Below are positions 24,423 to 34,798 of a stretch of DNA of 46,667 nt, piece after piece. Within the stretch, counting starts at the first letter, position 1. The number at the start of each line of letters is the position of its first letter. The notes below the pieces were generated by a model that was given only the letters and a program-made list of their open reading frames with translations, did no database searches and was not told the DNA's origin. The translations under genes and the position numbers were made by a program. The stretch is from Escherichia phage C1. Location: the sequence record NC_054651.1, one strand, 5' to 3'.

Positions 24423-24604
24423 TCCCCTAAGTTGTTAAATTTAGGTGCATCGCCAGACCAGTCGATAACGTCTTTCTGTTGACTGCGTTTGCGTTGCAGG
24501 CGGTTGCGCACTTCTCGTAACTCGCGCTCCAGCCATTCGCGAGTGTGCTCAACTTCATTCAGTCGCTGGATTAACGATTCTTCGTACAGTTCGTCATGCG
24601 CCAT
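24410..24604 (-). CDS. hypothetical protein
   Basis: 64 aa ORF. Confidence 0.35.
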   Translation of the reverse strand: MAHDELYEESLIQRLNEVEHTREWLERELREVRNRLQRKRSQQKDVIDWSGDAPKFNNLGEWLK

Positions 24605-24664
24605 TTATAATTTCTCCCGTAGAATTTGATAACAACGTGCTCAATGCACAGATAACCTTCATCC

Positions 24665-24892
24665 TCAACCGTTACTGGTTGAACTATAAACCAACGCAGA
24701 TATAAGTTCGTCAGCCTTTTCACGACCTGCAACCTCAGCTTCAAGCGCCAGTGAGCACATGGCAGTTTCCACAAACTTAATGGTATCCTCGCGAACGTTA
24801 AGGATTTCCATAACCTCGCGAACTTCCTTCTGGTATCTCGCTGCTATTTCTTTGTATCGCATTTCCACATCACCTTTTTCGTTGTGGTACAA
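24665..24892 (-). CDS. hypothetical protein
   Basis: 75 aa ORF (non-ATG first codon in track); likely ATG start about 24862 after AAGGTG. Confidence 0.35.
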   Translation of the reverse strand: MYHNEKGDVEMRYKEIAARYQKEVREVMEILNVREDTIKFVETAMCSLALEAEVAGREKADELISALVYSSTSNG

Positions 24893-24962
24893 TCTACGTC
24901 AATAAGTATTGACTAAATGATGTAGATTGGTCAACAATAATTTTCGAAAAGGAGTAGTAAAT

Positions 24963-25157
24963 ATGCCAAGACCACGACGAGAGCCGATGGACATTATCAC
25001 CAGCATTGTGGAGAAGCGGCAGCCGCTGACACTCCGTGATGTTCGCTACTTTGCCCGTTGCTATGTGGCGCTGGCTGATATGCCAAAGGATGAGATGTAT
25101 GATTTGATTCGGGCCAATTTTAATGTTGATGAAAATAATCGGGTGACGATGAAATGA
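24963..25157 (+). CDS. hypothetical protein
   Basis: ATG after AAGGAG SD inside track ORF 24927..25157. Confidence 0.4.
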   Translation: MPRPRREPMDIITSIVEKRQPLTLRDVRYFARCYVALADMPKDEMYDLIRANFNVDENNRVTMK

Positions 25158-25585
25158 AAAAATGGAAATATCTGAAAGGTTATGAGGATGATTTTGCTGG
25201 CCATGACACGGCTTATCTTGTAGTTAAGTCAGGAAGTACTGGTGAGATTTTCTATCTAAGCATGGATTATGCTGGTCGCATTGAAGTGATTGAGGGTTGT
25301 GGGGATGTTGTTATTGCATACCGCGAGCCAATTACCGACGAACAAGACCTCAATGATTGCATTGGCGCCCCTGAGGCTGATAACAAATACCTGCACGAGA
25401 TTAAGCCTGGTATTTTTATTGACGTGTACGATGTACTCATGGCGTGGAATGTCACCAACCCAGCATTGCAGCACTTAATCAAGAAGGCGTTGCAAGCTGG
25501 CGATCGCGGACACAAATCGCGCGAACAGGATTTACAGGACATCATTGACAGCGCAATTCGCGCAAAAGAACTGGAGATTAAATAA
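25154..25585 (+). CDS. hypothetical protein
   Basis: 143 aa; start overlaps upstream stop. Confidence 0.45.
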   Translation: MKKWKYLKGYEDDFAGHDTAYLVVKSGSTGEIFYLSMDYAGRIEVIEGCGDVVIAYREPITDEQDLNDCIGAPEADNKYLHEIKPGIFIDVYDVLMAWNVTNPALQHLIKKALQAGDRGHKSREQDLQDIIDSAIRAKELEIK

Positions 25586-25893
25586 TGGCATTTTGCGATA
25601 TCACCATCGCGCAACGAAACGCGAACTTTACCAACATTACCGACACTTCCGCGCAACTGGTATCACTCAATAGTGACGGCAGTGCAGTGCTGAAAATCGG
25701 CACAGAAACAGCGCAATTCATCGTGCAGAATCTGTCACAGGCGAACGCAAAGCAGGTGCTGATTAGCACTGGTAGCGTGCTGTTTCTGGCTGGTAATTAC
25801 AATGCACCTAATCTTGAGTGTTCACTGGTGCGCATTGTTGAAACTGCGACTGAGGAATCTGTTGATGAACCAGCAACATTGCCAGCAGAGTGA
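25585..25893 (+). CDS. hypothetical protein
   Basis: 102 aa; start overlaps upstream stop. Confidence 0.4.
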   Translation: MAFCDITIAQRNANFTNITDTSAQLVSLNSDGSAVLKIGTETAQFIVQNLSQANAKQVLISTGSVLFLAGNYNAPNLECSLVRIVETATEESVDEPATLPAE

Positions 25894-26024
25894 GCCGCCA
25901 AAGCCATCAGCATGGTGTGAGAAAATGGAGCGCAATGCGAAAGATGGCGATGAGGCGTATATTTATTTCCAGCTGAAGCAGATGTGGAAGCAGCGAGAAG
26001 AGTCTGAGCAAACCAGTTAAACGC

Positions 26025-26052
26025 AAGCCCCATTATGGGGCTTTTTTATTGC
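26025..26052. terminator. rho-independent terminator
   Basis: AAGCCCC-atta-TGGGGCTT hairpin followed by T6; overlaps stop of Rz-like gene. Confidence 0.65.
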
Positions 26053-26515
26053 GCAGTGAATTATATTGCGCCTCGCACATCAATCCTGCTTCTCTTGCCC
26101 TGTCAGCGTAATCTGCCAGCTGTCGATTTCTTTCGACAGATTTGCTGAGCACGTCTCCAAGCAAAACTCCGGTTTCTGCGGCTGGGTTGCCAATGGACTC
26201 AGAGGTGGAATATCCGACGAGCTGCTTGCGGATGTTTGCAAGTTGTTGCTGCAACCTGCCAGACTTAGCGGCAGCATTAACAGCATCATTGCGCGCAGCA
26301 TCAATCCTTTGCTGTGCGTTAGCCTGAATCTTTTGCAGTTCTGCATTGCGTCGTTGCTCCTCTTGTTCATCTGCGTCCTTCTGTTCTGCAACTGCCTTCG
26401 CGTATCCAGCGGCGTATTGCTGCTCGCCATAGCTGGATACTTTATTTGTTGTCCACAACGCGCCAGCGGCAACAATTATAATAATTGCCAGCGGTCGCCA
26501 GTATTTAGCGAGCAT
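26033..26515 (-). CDS. Rz-like i-spanin
   Basis: Track ORF 26033..26599; probable start MLAKYW preceded by GGAGG; N-terminal TM helix (LAIIIIVAAGALW) then coiled-coil periplasmic domain. Confidence 0.65.
   Translation of the reverse strand: MLAKYWRPLAIIIIVAAGALWTTNKVSSYGEQQYAAGYAKAVAEQKDADEQEEQRRNAELQKIQANAQQRIDAARNDAVNAAAKSGRLQQQLANIRKQLVGYSTSESIGNPAAETGVLLGDVLSKSVERNRQLADYADRAREAGLMCEAQYNSLRNKKAP
26080..26301 (-). CDS. Rz1-like o-spanin (lipoprotein) embedded in Rz in another frame
   Basis: Track ORF 26080..26475; signal MLRAMMLLMLPLSLAGC with lipobox LAGC, Pro-rich mature part; entirely within Rz-like gene. Confidence 0.6.
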   Translation of the reverse strand: MLRAMMLLMLPLSLAGCSNNLQTSASSSSDIPPLSPLATQPQKPEFCLETCSANLSKEIDSWQITLTGQEKQD

Positions 26516-26655
26516 TACGCAGCCTCCATATAAAACACCGGCGAGTTGCAAACTGCACCAATTGCGAGCGATTTTTAAGTGCGCGCCACGCCGACTCAAT
26601 ATTGTCTTCCCTGCTGGTTATGTGCACCCATTCCAGCACCAATGCTTCTCTTTGC

Positions 26656-26886
26656 TCACTTACCATCGCGCAGTCTCCGGTTTTCCTTCCTCATGCCGTG
26701 CATCTTGCCGAGGATGCCAACCAGCATGATGGAGTAGCTCACACCTTTAACCACGATTGGCGGTAGCGCTGCTTTCAGGTCATCAGGCATCATTACCCAT
26801 ACATGCATCATTGCATCAGGCCATAGCTGCAACAGCGAGCAGAATGAAATCCACGCGCCGAGCAGCCAGTTGCTTAGCTTTTTCAT
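26656..26886 (-). CDS. holin candidate (two-TM small membrane protein)
   Basis: 76 aa, two hydrophobic helices, highly basic C-terminus; directly 3' of endolysin gene. Confidence 0.5.
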   Translation of the reverse strand: MKKLSNWLLGAWISFCSLLQLWPDAMMHVWVMMPDDLKAALPPIVVKGVSYSIMLVGILGKMHGMRKENRRLRDGK

Positions 26887-27347
26887 GCCACAGCTCCACC
26901 AGCCTCTTTGTATACCTGAATCAGCTTATCCAGTTTCTGCTCGTGCTGACCATAACCCGCGCCCGGCAATGAAGCCCAGCGGGAGCGGCATTTGTGGATG
27001 GCATCAGCAATGCGTCCAGCCTCAATATCAGCTGTGGCCTTGCATTCGCGGATTAGTTGCATTGCGATAGCGTCCTGTGACGCGGGGGAGAAGTCCGGTA
27101 AACGCAGTTGCTTTTTGTACGCATCATAAAATTTAGCCAACACCTGATAGCGCCCGGCGGCGGTGGATTTGATGCCCAGCTTAGGCAGGCTAATCAGCTT
27201 GCGCGGGTGATCGGAATAGTCAGTAAACAGTGAGCCGCCAACGATCACATCATAACCATGATTATTGGTTTTCTGCCGCCCGTTATCAGTGCCTTCGCTG
27301 TACGCCAGCATATCCAGAAAAGCCTTCATGTTTTTGCTAATAGCCAT
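26883..27347 (-). CDS. endolysin, lambda R-like lytic transglycosylase
   Basis: Track ORF 26883..27428; from MAISKNMKAFLDMLAYSEGTDNGRQKTNNHGYDVIVGGSLFTDYSDHPRK the sequence matches remembered phage lambda R almost residue for residue. Confidence 0.9.
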   Translation of the reverse strand: MAISKNMKAFLDMLAYSEGTDNGRQKTNNHGYDVIVGGSLFTDYSDHPRKLISLPKLGIKSTAAGRYQVLAKFYDAYKKQLRLPDFSPASQDAIAMQLIRECKATADIEAGRIADAIHKCRSRWASLPGAGYGQHEQKLDKLIQVYKEAGGAVA

Positions 27348-27615
27348 ACCAGTAAACCTCTTTTTCAGCTTTACGTTTTGCTTTGTTGTCGGTCTTCTCG
27401 CCCCACACAATAAAGTGCGCAACGGCACATGAGAAGCAGCGGAGATTGTGCTTCTTCAGAAGCGTTGATTTGCGGAACGCGTCAATGCCAATGTCGGTGG
27501 CGATGCTTGTCAGCGCATCAAACTGATTCTGCATTGTCTCGGTGGTGATGTAAGGCGATATATCCACGGCATCGGTGATTCCTAGCGCCTCCGCGCCGCG
27601 TTGCGATACTTTCAT
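27337..27615 (-). CDS. hypothetical protein upstream of endolysin
   Basis: 92 aa; ATG preceded by AGGAGG; no obvious TM segment. Confidence 0.45.
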   Translation of the reverse strand: MKVSQRGAEALGITDAVDISPYITTETMQNQFDALTSIATDIGIDAFRKSTLLKKHNLRCFSCAVAHFIVWGEKTDNKAKRKAEKEVYWYGY

Positions 27616-27639
27616 TCTGCCTCCTGTTCAAATAATGAT

Positions 27640-27700
27640 TAATTCTATCACAATGACTATTGACGTAGATTGAGTGGTGGTGCATAGTATCTACATCAAA
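27640..27700. promoter_or_regulatory. divergent promoter region: minus-strand extended -10 (TGTGATAGAAT) for lysis operon; plus-strand TTGACG-17-CATAGT; inverted GTAGAT repeats
   Basis: Read from sequence; TTGACGTAGAT and ATCTACATCAA form an 11 bp inverted repeat about 18 bp apart. Confidence 0.5.
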
Positions 27701-27716
27701 TAGAGAGGTGGTGAAC

Positions 27717-27908
27717 ATGAGTACGCTTGAATTGGTTGGTCGCTCGATAATTACGCTGTGGGTTCTTTCTTTAGCTTTCGGCCTGTGCACCTTCTATACG
27801 CCATGTGCATGGCAAAGAAAGAACTACTTCGCCATAATTTACGGCCCATTCTGTGTTACGAGCATAATCGCGGCGCTATTCTTCGTTATTGTTGGGGTGT
27901 GGTCATGA
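27717..27908 (+). CDS. small two-TM membrane protein
   Basis: ATG after GAGGTGG inside track ORF 27708..27908; two hydrophobic helices. Confidence 0.45.
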   Translation: MSTLELVGRSIITLWVLSLAFGLCTFYTPCAWQRKNYFAIIYGPFCVTSIIAALFFVIVGVWS

Positions 27909-28051
27909 TGGTAATGGTCAAATTCAAAGAAAACGGACGCTACGGAGTGTTCAGCCTTGAGCGAATCAAAATCCGTCCGTGCGGTAAAGTTGTTGCACCA
28001 TTTGGTCTGGTGCAGATGCGTGAATGCGAAATCATTGAATATGTTAAGTGA
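27903..28051 (+). CDS. hypothetical small protein
   Basis: Met cluster overlapping previous stop in track ORF 27758..28051. Confidence 0.3.
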
Positions 28052-28059
28052 GGTTGGTG

Positions 28060-28350
28060 ATGGGAGAGTTTAAAGGTACGCATGGCCCGTGGTTTTTTGA
28101 TGAGACATTTAATGTTTATGAAGGTGACAGAGATGGACACATTTGCACTGTCACGTCATGGCTTGATGAGTCAACTGCGGATGCTAATGGCTTTTTGCTT
28201 GCAGCATCTCCTGATCTGTTATCCGCACTCCAGCGATTGCTGGAAATCTACGACGACAACTCCGGAAAAGTCTGGACAACATCAAGCAAGCGTCGCGCTC
28301 TGGATAACGCACGCGCAGCGGTTAATAAGGCATTGGGAGAAGCAAAATGA
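28060..28350 (+). CDS. hypothetical protein
   Basis: Track ORF 28048..28350, ATG at MGEFKG. Confidence 0.4.
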   Translation: MGEFKGTHGPWFFDETFNVYEGDRDGHICTVTSWLDESTADANGFLLAASPDLLSALQRLLEIYDDNSGKVWTTSSKRRALDNARAAVNKALGEAK

Positions 28351-28925
28351 AACTTATCGACCTGTTAGTTCAAGAATTGCCTAAGCGTGGTGGGTGGCCT
28401 GAGGGGGCCGTTGAGTGCTGCCGCCATTATGGGACAAACAGCATAGATTTCTATGACGAAACAGGCAATTGGGATGATGATTGCTATCTAAAGTACGGAA
28501 AAGACTTCGCCAAGGATTGCGTTTACGAGGAGACGCTTGAAAGCCATCGTCTTCAGTCAATATCTCGCAATCAATACGAATCCGCACTCACCGCATCGCA
28601 AAAGCTAGCATGGAACGGTGAAGGACTACCGCCAGTTGGGTATGAATGTGAGTGTCAGTTTCTTGATGCATGGCATACATGCAAGGTGCTATTTGTGGGC
28701 GCAGAAGTTATAGTTGGTGTAATCGACGGCTCTGAGAGAGCGTTTAGCGTTAGTCACACAAAATTCCGACCATTCCAATCTGAAGCAGAAAGGAAGCGAG
28801 ATGCAGCAATAGAGGCAATGCAGAGGGAAGCTGATGAGGGTGATAACTGGATTTATAGTGAATACGAGATTATTTACGACGCCATCGCAGCAGGTAAAAT
28901 TCCCGGAGTGAAATTGGAGGATTGA
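28347..28925 (+). CDS. hypothetical Cys-rich protein
   Basis: 192 aa ORF; start overlaps upstream stop. Confidence 0.45.
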   Translation: MKLIDLLVQELPKRGGWPEGAVECCRHYGTNSIDFYDETGNWDDDCYLKYGKDFAKDCVYEETLESHRLQSISRNQYESALTASQKLAWNGEGLPPVGYECECQFLDAWHTCKVLFVGAEVIVGVIDGSERAFSVSHTKFRPFQSEAERKRDAAIEAMQREADEGDNWIYSEYEIIYDAIAAGKIPGVKLED

Positions 28926-28926
28926 T

Positions 28927-29004
28927 ATGTGGCCTATATGTAAGCATTGCGGGCGTATGTGCCTTAATAGTTGGTGCAGGAAATGCGATAAGCCATCGAA
29001 ATAA
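28927..29004 (+). CDS. tiny zinc-ribbon-like peptide (CxxC...CxxC)
   Basis: 25 aa ORF MWPICKHCGRMCLNSWCRKCDKPSK immediately before terminator. Confidence 0.25.
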   Translation: MWPICKHCGRMCLNSWCRKCDKPSK

Positions 29005-29005
29005 A

Positions 29006-29038
29006 ACCAAGCCCTCACTTAGAGGGCTTTTTGTTTGC
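29006..29038. terminator. bidirectional rho-independent terminator
   Basis: AAGCCCTC-actt-AGAGGGCTT hairpin, T-run; between convergent gene ends. Confidence 0.65.
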
Positions 29039-30046
29039 CGATTGCCACGCTTCACGCTGTTTATCAAGCCTTTCCTGTGATGACTCAAGAATTACTGGCT
29101 TACCATCCATTAGCAATGCTGGAGTTTGTGCGCAATGGCAATTATATCTATTGCCGTTCTCGCTATAAAACGCATCAATCTCTTCTGGCGTGTAAAAGCG
29201 TCCGTGTCTCGCTGCGTGCGTCTGGCGGGTTGTGCGCATTAATGCTGATTGCCACAGCATCACAGTCTCAATGCCTAATTCCTCGCGAGCCTCAATGACT
29301 TCTCGCCTGTTTGCCTGACGCAGCGTTCCGGTGATTTCTGTCTGCGCCAGCTGTTTCGCGTAGCTGTGAGATACATCCACTCGCTTGACGATGTCAGCTT
29401 CAACGTCGCGAGGATTGGCGCCACGAGCAATACCTTCCATAATGACTGACGCCAGTTGCTGTCTGGAATAATCACTCAATCCGCGCCAGTCTGAATATCC
29501 GGATGTGTACGCCAGTTGCAGACGATTAAGATAAGGCTCACTGTAGAGTATCGCGGCAATCGGCCTTTGCCCAGCATAAACCGGAGACAGGCTTGACAGT
29601 TCGGAGTTGGCCTTCTGCGTTCCTGCCTGATACGTATCCCCGATAAACACATTGGCCCACATCCTGCCGTGACCGAAAGCATCACCTTCAAGCAGAATCT
29701 CATCAATCATTGCCTGCAATTCATCCATGAATGTAGCGGCACGCGCACTGCTGAAATCGTAGAAATACAGGCCGCTTGATTCTGCGTTGGCCTGACTGCT
29801 CGGAATAGTGCGAAACAACTCAAGCGCACGAGTCCTGAGTTGCTTGTATTTGCGCGTTATCACCTTGTCCATCTTCGACAGGCGAGTTGCAGCGCCTAAC
29901 GGGTCAGTCAGACTCTGCGATATGCGCGGCTGTGGAAGCCTTGCGTTAAACCGGAATATCTTCATTTTCATCTTCCGGTGGCATGTCTTCGCGATAACTC
30001 TCGTCAAGTTCAATCGGCTCCATGCCAACCATGCCGCGAGCTTCAT
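29015..30046 (-). CDS. head morphogenesis protein (minor head protein, SPP1 gp7 / Mu F-like position)
   Basis: 343 aa directly downstream of portal gene with overlap; synteny; true start probably internal. Confidence 0.5.
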   Translation of the reverse strand: MKLAAWLAWSRLNLTRVIAKTCHRKMKMKIFRFNARLPQPRISQSLTDPLGAATRLSKMDKVITRKYKQLRTRALELFRTIPSSQANAESSGLYFYDFSSARAATFMDELQAMIDEILLEGDAFGHGRMWANVFIGDTYQAGTQKANSELSSLSPVYAGQRPIAAILYSEPYLNRLQLAYTSGYSDWRGLSDYSRQQLASVIMEGIARGANPRDVEADIVKRVDVSHSYAKQLAQTEITGTLRQANRREVIEAREELGIETVMLWQSALMRTTRQTHAARHGRFYTPEEIDAFYSENGNRYNCHCAQTPALLMDGKPVILESSQERLDKQREAWQSANKKPSK

Positions 30047-31358
30047 CGACGGTCAGCAACGCAGATTGACCAGCATCAAAGAACGACTTGTTCGCAGTGG
30101 CGAGTTTAGCCAGCAATTCAGCTTTATCCAGTTCAGATGGGGAAAGCAGGTCATCCCATTTAACCTTGTAGCCATTTGCCGGGGCTTTATCGACAATACC
30201 GAACTGAATCATGCGCTCAACGAACATTGAGATGACATAATCCACCCACGTTTCGCGGCGCTGCTTGGCGGTCATCGCCTCCTGCATCTTGTCCTCATCG
30301 CTCGCAAGGCGTCCGGTTTGCTGCCCGAAAATGACGGTGAACGGAAGTGCCATTGATGCAGCGAACTGGTTGGCAGCCACTTCCCATGTAGGTTTCGGGT
30401 CAGCTGGTGTCACAGCAAGAACCTTCGCATCCGCACCCATTGTGAACATGGCGGCGTCAATGCCTGAGTTCAGCGCCTCAATGTTCTCATTCATGATGTC
30501 GGTGAGTTCTTCAATATCGACACCCATCGACTGCGCAAGGCTTGCTGGCGTTACGTTATCCTTCGTATAGTTTACCGCCAGCTGACGACTGGCATTCTTC
30601 AGGAAGCCTTCCGCAGAACTACCGGAAACCTTAGCCATGTCGATAAGGCTATTGTAGCCAGCACGTAGCATCGGGATGCCGCTGAACATACTGCCATCGA
30701 AGCTGCCCTCAGCCAGAATGATGATGCGATCAGGATGAATCTGCACGGAACGATCAGGCTTGCCGTCACTGTCGAAATCCTCAACAGCGCTTTCCTGATA
30801 TTCGTACATCTCAGGCATGCCGTAGTCTTCGCTGGTTTCGTCGTTATTCCATTGGCTGACGCGGAGTTGCTCTTCCCACACCGGAATGAAGCGAACGATG
30901 GATTTATCTTTAATGCGGCGGGTTTTAGTGATGTCTACCGGCTCACTCCATTGCTTACCATCACGGATTTGCAGGATAACGGCGGAATAGCGGTTGATGG
31001 CATTGCGCTTATCAGCTTCCTTGATGAACGGATAGGCGCGTTTCATCATGTCGTTGATGGATAGCTCCCACGGCGTTGAGTTCTTATCATCCTCGCCATC
31101 TTCAACCACTTCGGGGTATTTCTGCCAGCATTTATTAATAATGCGGTTAATTCCGGCGGCGGCGGCAGGATGTCGCTCGTAGGCGTAGCGGAACATCTCG
31201 GCGGTTATTTCCTGTGGGTATCCACATTCCGTCCAGAGACGATCGTGCTTCTGGTCAAGATTCTTCCCGCCAGCACAAAGCCGCTGTTGCTGAAGCGCCC
31301 GATTATTGTTCGCCACGCGATCGCGTATATAGGCGTTTAGTGCATCAATTTTTGACAT
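29946..31358 (-). CDS. portal protein (putative)
   Basis: 470 aa, acidic C-terminal tail, located between terminase and head morphogenesis genes. Confidence 0.6.
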   Translation of the reverse strand: MSKIDALNAYIRDRVANNNRALQQQRLCAGGKNLDQKHDRLWTECGYPQEITAEMFRYAYERHPAAAAGINRIINKCWQKYPEVVEDGEDDKNSTPWELSINDMMKRAYPFIKEADKRNAINRYSAVILQIRDGKQWSEPVDITKTRRIKDKSIVRFIPVWEEQLRVSQWNNDETSEDYGMPEMYEYQESAVEDFDSDGKPDRSVQIHPDRIIILAEGSFDGSMFSGIPMLRAGYNSLIDMAKVSGSSAEGFLKNASRQLAVNYTKDNVTPASLAQSMGVDIEELTDIMNENIEALNSGIDAAMFTMGADAKVLAVTPADPKPTWEVAANQFAASMALPFTVIFGQQTGRLASDEDKMQEAMTAKQRRETWVDYVISMFVERMIQFGIVDKAPANGYKVKWDDLLSPSELDKAELLAKLATANKSFFDAGQSALLTVDEARGMVGMEPIELDESYREDMPPEDENEDIPV

Positions 31359-31373
31359 ATGTCACCAATAAAA

Positions 31374-31400
31374 AATCCCATCACGTTGGATGGGATTATA
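31374..31400 (-). terminator. rho-independent terminator
   Basis: ATCCCATC-cacgt-GATGGGAT hairpin with T-run on minus strand. Confidence 0.5.
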
Positions 31401-31422
31401 GCATGACTGCCTAGCGCAAAAG

Positions 31423-31770
31423 TTAGCCAAAGAACGGCTTGTTTGGTATTGGTGCATCAATCTTAATTATGTATTTCCTGTAATCATCATCACCATTTTC
31501 TTTATGTGACAGATTTCCTTTCGCATTGGTTTCAAACTTCCCAACAGGAAGATATTCACGAGAGAAGACGTTGTGCCATTTGCCATATTTTGTTAATTGA
31601 CCATCCGAGTAGTGCGTTGGCCCGCATGCTGAGCACAACTTCATCCCGCGACGCTCTGGGGCGTAAGACCAGTCGAAGAAATCCTCAAAGATACCAATAA
31701 AACCCTGAGACGACAAAGCGGTGTTCTCTACGCAACCGCAATTATCACATTGAAACAAGCTCATTAACAC
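31423..31770 (-). CDS. hypothetical Cys-rich protein
   Basis: 115 aa with CDNCGC...CSACG pairs. Confidence 0.4.
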   Translation of the reverse strand: MLMSLFQCDNCGCVENTALSSQGFIGIFEDFFDWSYAPERRGMKLCSACGPTHYSDGQLTKYGKWHNVFSREYLPVGKFETNAKGNLSHKENGDDDYRKYIIKIDAPIPNKPFFG

Positions 31771-32354
31771 ACCTCTATTTAAAACACTGATAAAGCAAGC
31801 ATGGCACGACGCCAGTTACCACAGCGAAAAATGAACCAACTATAAAGTGAATCAATCTTGGTTCATTCACTCCGGCAGCCATAGCCCACCAGAACATAAA
31901 GTTCAATGGAATCCAGAACGACCAGAATAGCGCCATCACTCCACCTTTTCGAATTTATCAAAAATAACAGAAAGATTAAAAGCGCCGCTTTCAGTGATCG
32001 CCTGAATTTCTTTCACCTGCGCTCTCATAGCATCCTCATATGCACTAACTGCATCAGGACCAATTGATAATCCACAGAAACTACCGACGCTCGCCACGCT
32101 TCCTTGTCGCTCAACATGTCCACAATAAAAATAAACGCTCATCACTCACCTCAACCAAGCGGAAACCACTTATCAATGACATCATGGAATTTTCGCATAA
32201 CCTTTGCCTGCAAAAATTCAAGATACTCAAATAAATTTCTCGCACCAGAAAATAAAACCCATAACAACCACACAGGCAGGAAGATTGGCAATAAAGCAAT
32301 CCTGCCAACCTTGCTTCTATTGCTCATCCTGCTCATCTTAAGCATCACATCACC

Positions 32355-32762
32355 TCAACAAAGTTCACCATCAGTTACCATTAACAACTTCTGCCATTTA
32401 GCCACCGGCTTGCACAGTTCAGTTTTCAGCCTGCTTAACGAACCTGTAATATCAGGCCACTCGGTAAACGGAACAAATCGCACGAATCGGTAATCAGCAC
32501 CAGCCCAGTGCCAGCCAAGCGTGTAATCAATGTATGTGCCGTCATCCTGCATATTGATGTAATGTGCAGTCACTGACTTGTCATCAATTACCACAACCTC
32601 AACCACTGCGCACGAACTGCCATCCCGCGCACGGTTTACTGCATTCAGGTGACATGCGTGATTGTACATACCAGTGCCATCAATGAATGATATATCAATC
32701 TTTTTGGTGTATTTCTTATCCGCATCGTCGCGGATTATTTTCTTTAACTTATTTCTGAACAT
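32355..32762 (-). CDS. hypothetical protein
   Basis: Track ORF 32355..32813, probable start MFRNKLKK. Confidence 0.4.
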   Translation of the reverse strand: MFRNKLKKIIRDDADKKYTKKIDISFIDGTGMYNHACHLNAVNRARDGSSCAVVEVVVIDDKSVTAHYINMQDDGTYIDYTLGWHWAGADYRFVRFVPFTEWPDITGSLSRLKTELCKPVAKWQKLLMVTDGELC

Positions 32763-32958
32763 GATTAATCCACCATGCGGCAATGGCTGAAATAATCCAC
32801 AATCCGATAACAAGCCTGAAAACCTGCCAGTTTAGAATGTCATCAATACTTGGAGCTTCCCATCTAATCAACCAGATAAACGGGAAAGCAATCGCTAGCG
32901 CAATGGTGTACTTAATACCAATAAACAGAAAATCTCTTACAAAATCTCTCATAATCAC
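32749..32958 (-). CDS. small two-TM membrane protein
   Basis: 69 aa, two hydrophobic helices. Confidence 0.4.
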   Translation of the reverse strand: MIMRDFVRDFLFIGIKYTIALAIAFPFIWLIRWEAPSIDDILNWQVFRLVIGLWIISAIAAWWINHVQK

Positions 32959-33161
32959 CCTCTCAAAAAATCATTCTTGCAGCAGATACCCTTGTACCCG
33001 CGCTTCTCTTGTAGGTTAACGAAGACATCATCCAGAACGCGCAGCAGGAAATCCTCGTCGATGTCATACCGACGACAAATCACCTCATCAGGCACACCAG
33101 CCCGCGCCAGTGAATAAACCTGTTCTTTTTCCTCCTGTGTGAATCCTGCATAGCTGCGCAT
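32955..33161 (-). CDS. hypothetical protein
   Basis: 68 aa; GGAGAT SD before ATG. Confidence 0.4.
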   Translation of the reverse strand: MRSYAGFTQEEKEQVYSLARAGVPDEVICRRYDIDEDFLLRVLDDVFVNLQEKRGYKGICCKNDFLRG

Positions 33162-33236
33162 AGTGATATCTCCGGTAAGCCTGATGTAGATATACTATGC
33201 GCTCGGTGTAGATTGGTCAAGTGTGGTGATGCAGAT

Positions 33237-34691
33237 TTATCGCCTGCGACGGAATAGCATCCCGCTACCGCGCTGGACGATGTGGTCATTGAGCGCATAG
33301 CGAACGGCATCCCAGTAGTGGTTAAATGCATCAACAATATCAGTGAGCACATTCCCTGTCAGCTTATCGACCTTGTAGCTGTACATTGCTGCTTCATTCT
33401 GCATTTCCTTGCATCGTTCGTGAATGACGATGCTGTCACAGCCACGCAGCCACGTAACGCCATCTTCAACGCTTCCCGGCCATTTTGTGCATGCGTGAAT
33501 ATCGAATCCAGAGCGCTTGATGTGGCTGATAGTTTCTGGTCGAGCGCAGTCCGCATACCATCGTGCGCGCTTAGCCATCGGGAATGATTGTTCCATCGCG
33601 GCTGGCGTGTCAGTAATCTCAAGCCCAACCTTGCCGTACTCGCGATTAATATAAATGTTACGCCTGTCGCCGGGTAAATCTTCGATGTAAACCTCAACCA
33701 TTGCGGTAGGGTCAGTGGAGAAACCGAAGTCCATCCCGAAGTATGGGCCATGCCATTCAGGCTTGACCTCAAAGTTATCAATGCGCCATTTGCCACCGAA
33801 GATTTGCTCGTCGCTACGTTTGTTAAATTTCCCTTCCCAAATCCACATGTAGCGATCGAAGTCAACGCGCTTCATTTTATCTTTTGAGCGGATTAATTCT
33901 TCAGTCATCCATGGATTATCGGTCCAGTTACACTCAATGATGAGTATTTCATCATCCTCGTAAATTCCGTTTACCATCTTGTTATGCCACGGGGCAACCC
34001 ATCGCGTCCATGTGGCATCGGTTTCTTTGTTGGGGTTGAATGTCACCCATATTTCAGCGCCTGGATTGCGAACGGTAGGCTCAAGAATATCCCACGATGC
34101 CTGACTGACGTTTTCAGCCTCCTCAATCCATGCCTTCGTGATACCAGCAAAACCCTTAACGCCAGTCACGTTTCGATAAAGGCCACGGAAACGGAACTTT
34201 GATTTAGTCTTCTTGTGGGTAATCTTGCCATCAATGCAACGATACTCTTTTGATTCTCCTTTGCGATCAATCTCATCCACCAGTTCCTGATAGCTGGAGT
34301 CTTCAATTGATTGTTGAATCTCGCGGAAGCACCCGATACGTTCGGATTTGAATCTTGCCGACTCAGTAAGGATTGTCGATACCGTGCGAGTCTTTGCCGA
34401 CCCACGTCCGCCGTATACAACCTTCCACGGCTTGGGGTAAAGCAGGCGCTCCAGCTTTGCTGGAATAAGGTGGTCAGCATGAGTGGTTGAATTGGTCACA
34501 TCATCAACGCCAGTGGCTGTCATTCTTAACCGCTTAATGACGTTCTTCTGCATATCGCAGATGCCAAAAATGGCGGACTCTGCAACATCTGTCATTGCAT
34601 CATCAATCTGCGCCTCCAATTTTTCGATTGCCAGTGCGGAGAGGCGTTTACGAGCCATATCGAGAGCAGCCCCATGAAATGACCCAACCAA
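33237..34691 (-). CDS. terminase large subunit
   Basis: 484 aa; Walker A-like VVYGGRGSAKT near N-terminus, acidic nuclease-type C-terminal half; preceded by small-subunit-like gene. Confidence 0.85.
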   Translation of the reverse strand: MVGSFHGAALDMARKRLSALAIEKLEAQIDDAMTDVAESAIFGICDMQKNVIKRLRMTATGVDDVTNSTTHADHLIPAKLERLLYPKPWKVVYGGRGSAKTRTVSTILTESARFKSERIGCFREIQQSIEDSSYQELVDEIDRKGESKEYRCIDGKITHKKTKSKFRFRGLYRNVTGVKGFAGITKAWIEEAENVSQASWDILEPTVRNPGAEIWVTFNPNKETDATWTRWVAPWHNKMVNGIYEDDEILIIECNWTDNPWMTEELIRSKDKMKRVDFDRYMWIWEGKFNKRSDEQIFGGKWRIDNFEVKPEWHGPYFGMDFGFSTDPTAMVEVYIEDLPGDRRNIYINREYGKVGLEITDTPAAMEQSFPMAKRARWYADCARPETISHIKRSGFDIHACTKWPGSVEDGVTWLRGCDSIVIHERCKEMQNEAAMYSYKVDKLTGNVLTDIVDAFNHYWDAVRYALNDHIVQRGSGMLFRRRR

Positions 34692-34798
34692 TGCACCAGA
34701 ACATCAAGCCAAAGATGCATCCAGTAAAGTCATTATTTGGTTGTGTTACGCTTGTTAAGCTCATAATAATTGATGCTAAAAAGCAAGCCGTAATGCTC

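Noticed and set aside
33282-33587. 101 aa plus-strand ORF antisense to the terminase large subunit
   Set aside because: Lies within a gene with a clear Walker A motif on the other strand; no RBS; although a GTAGATT-motif region lies just upstream, a protein product is not supported
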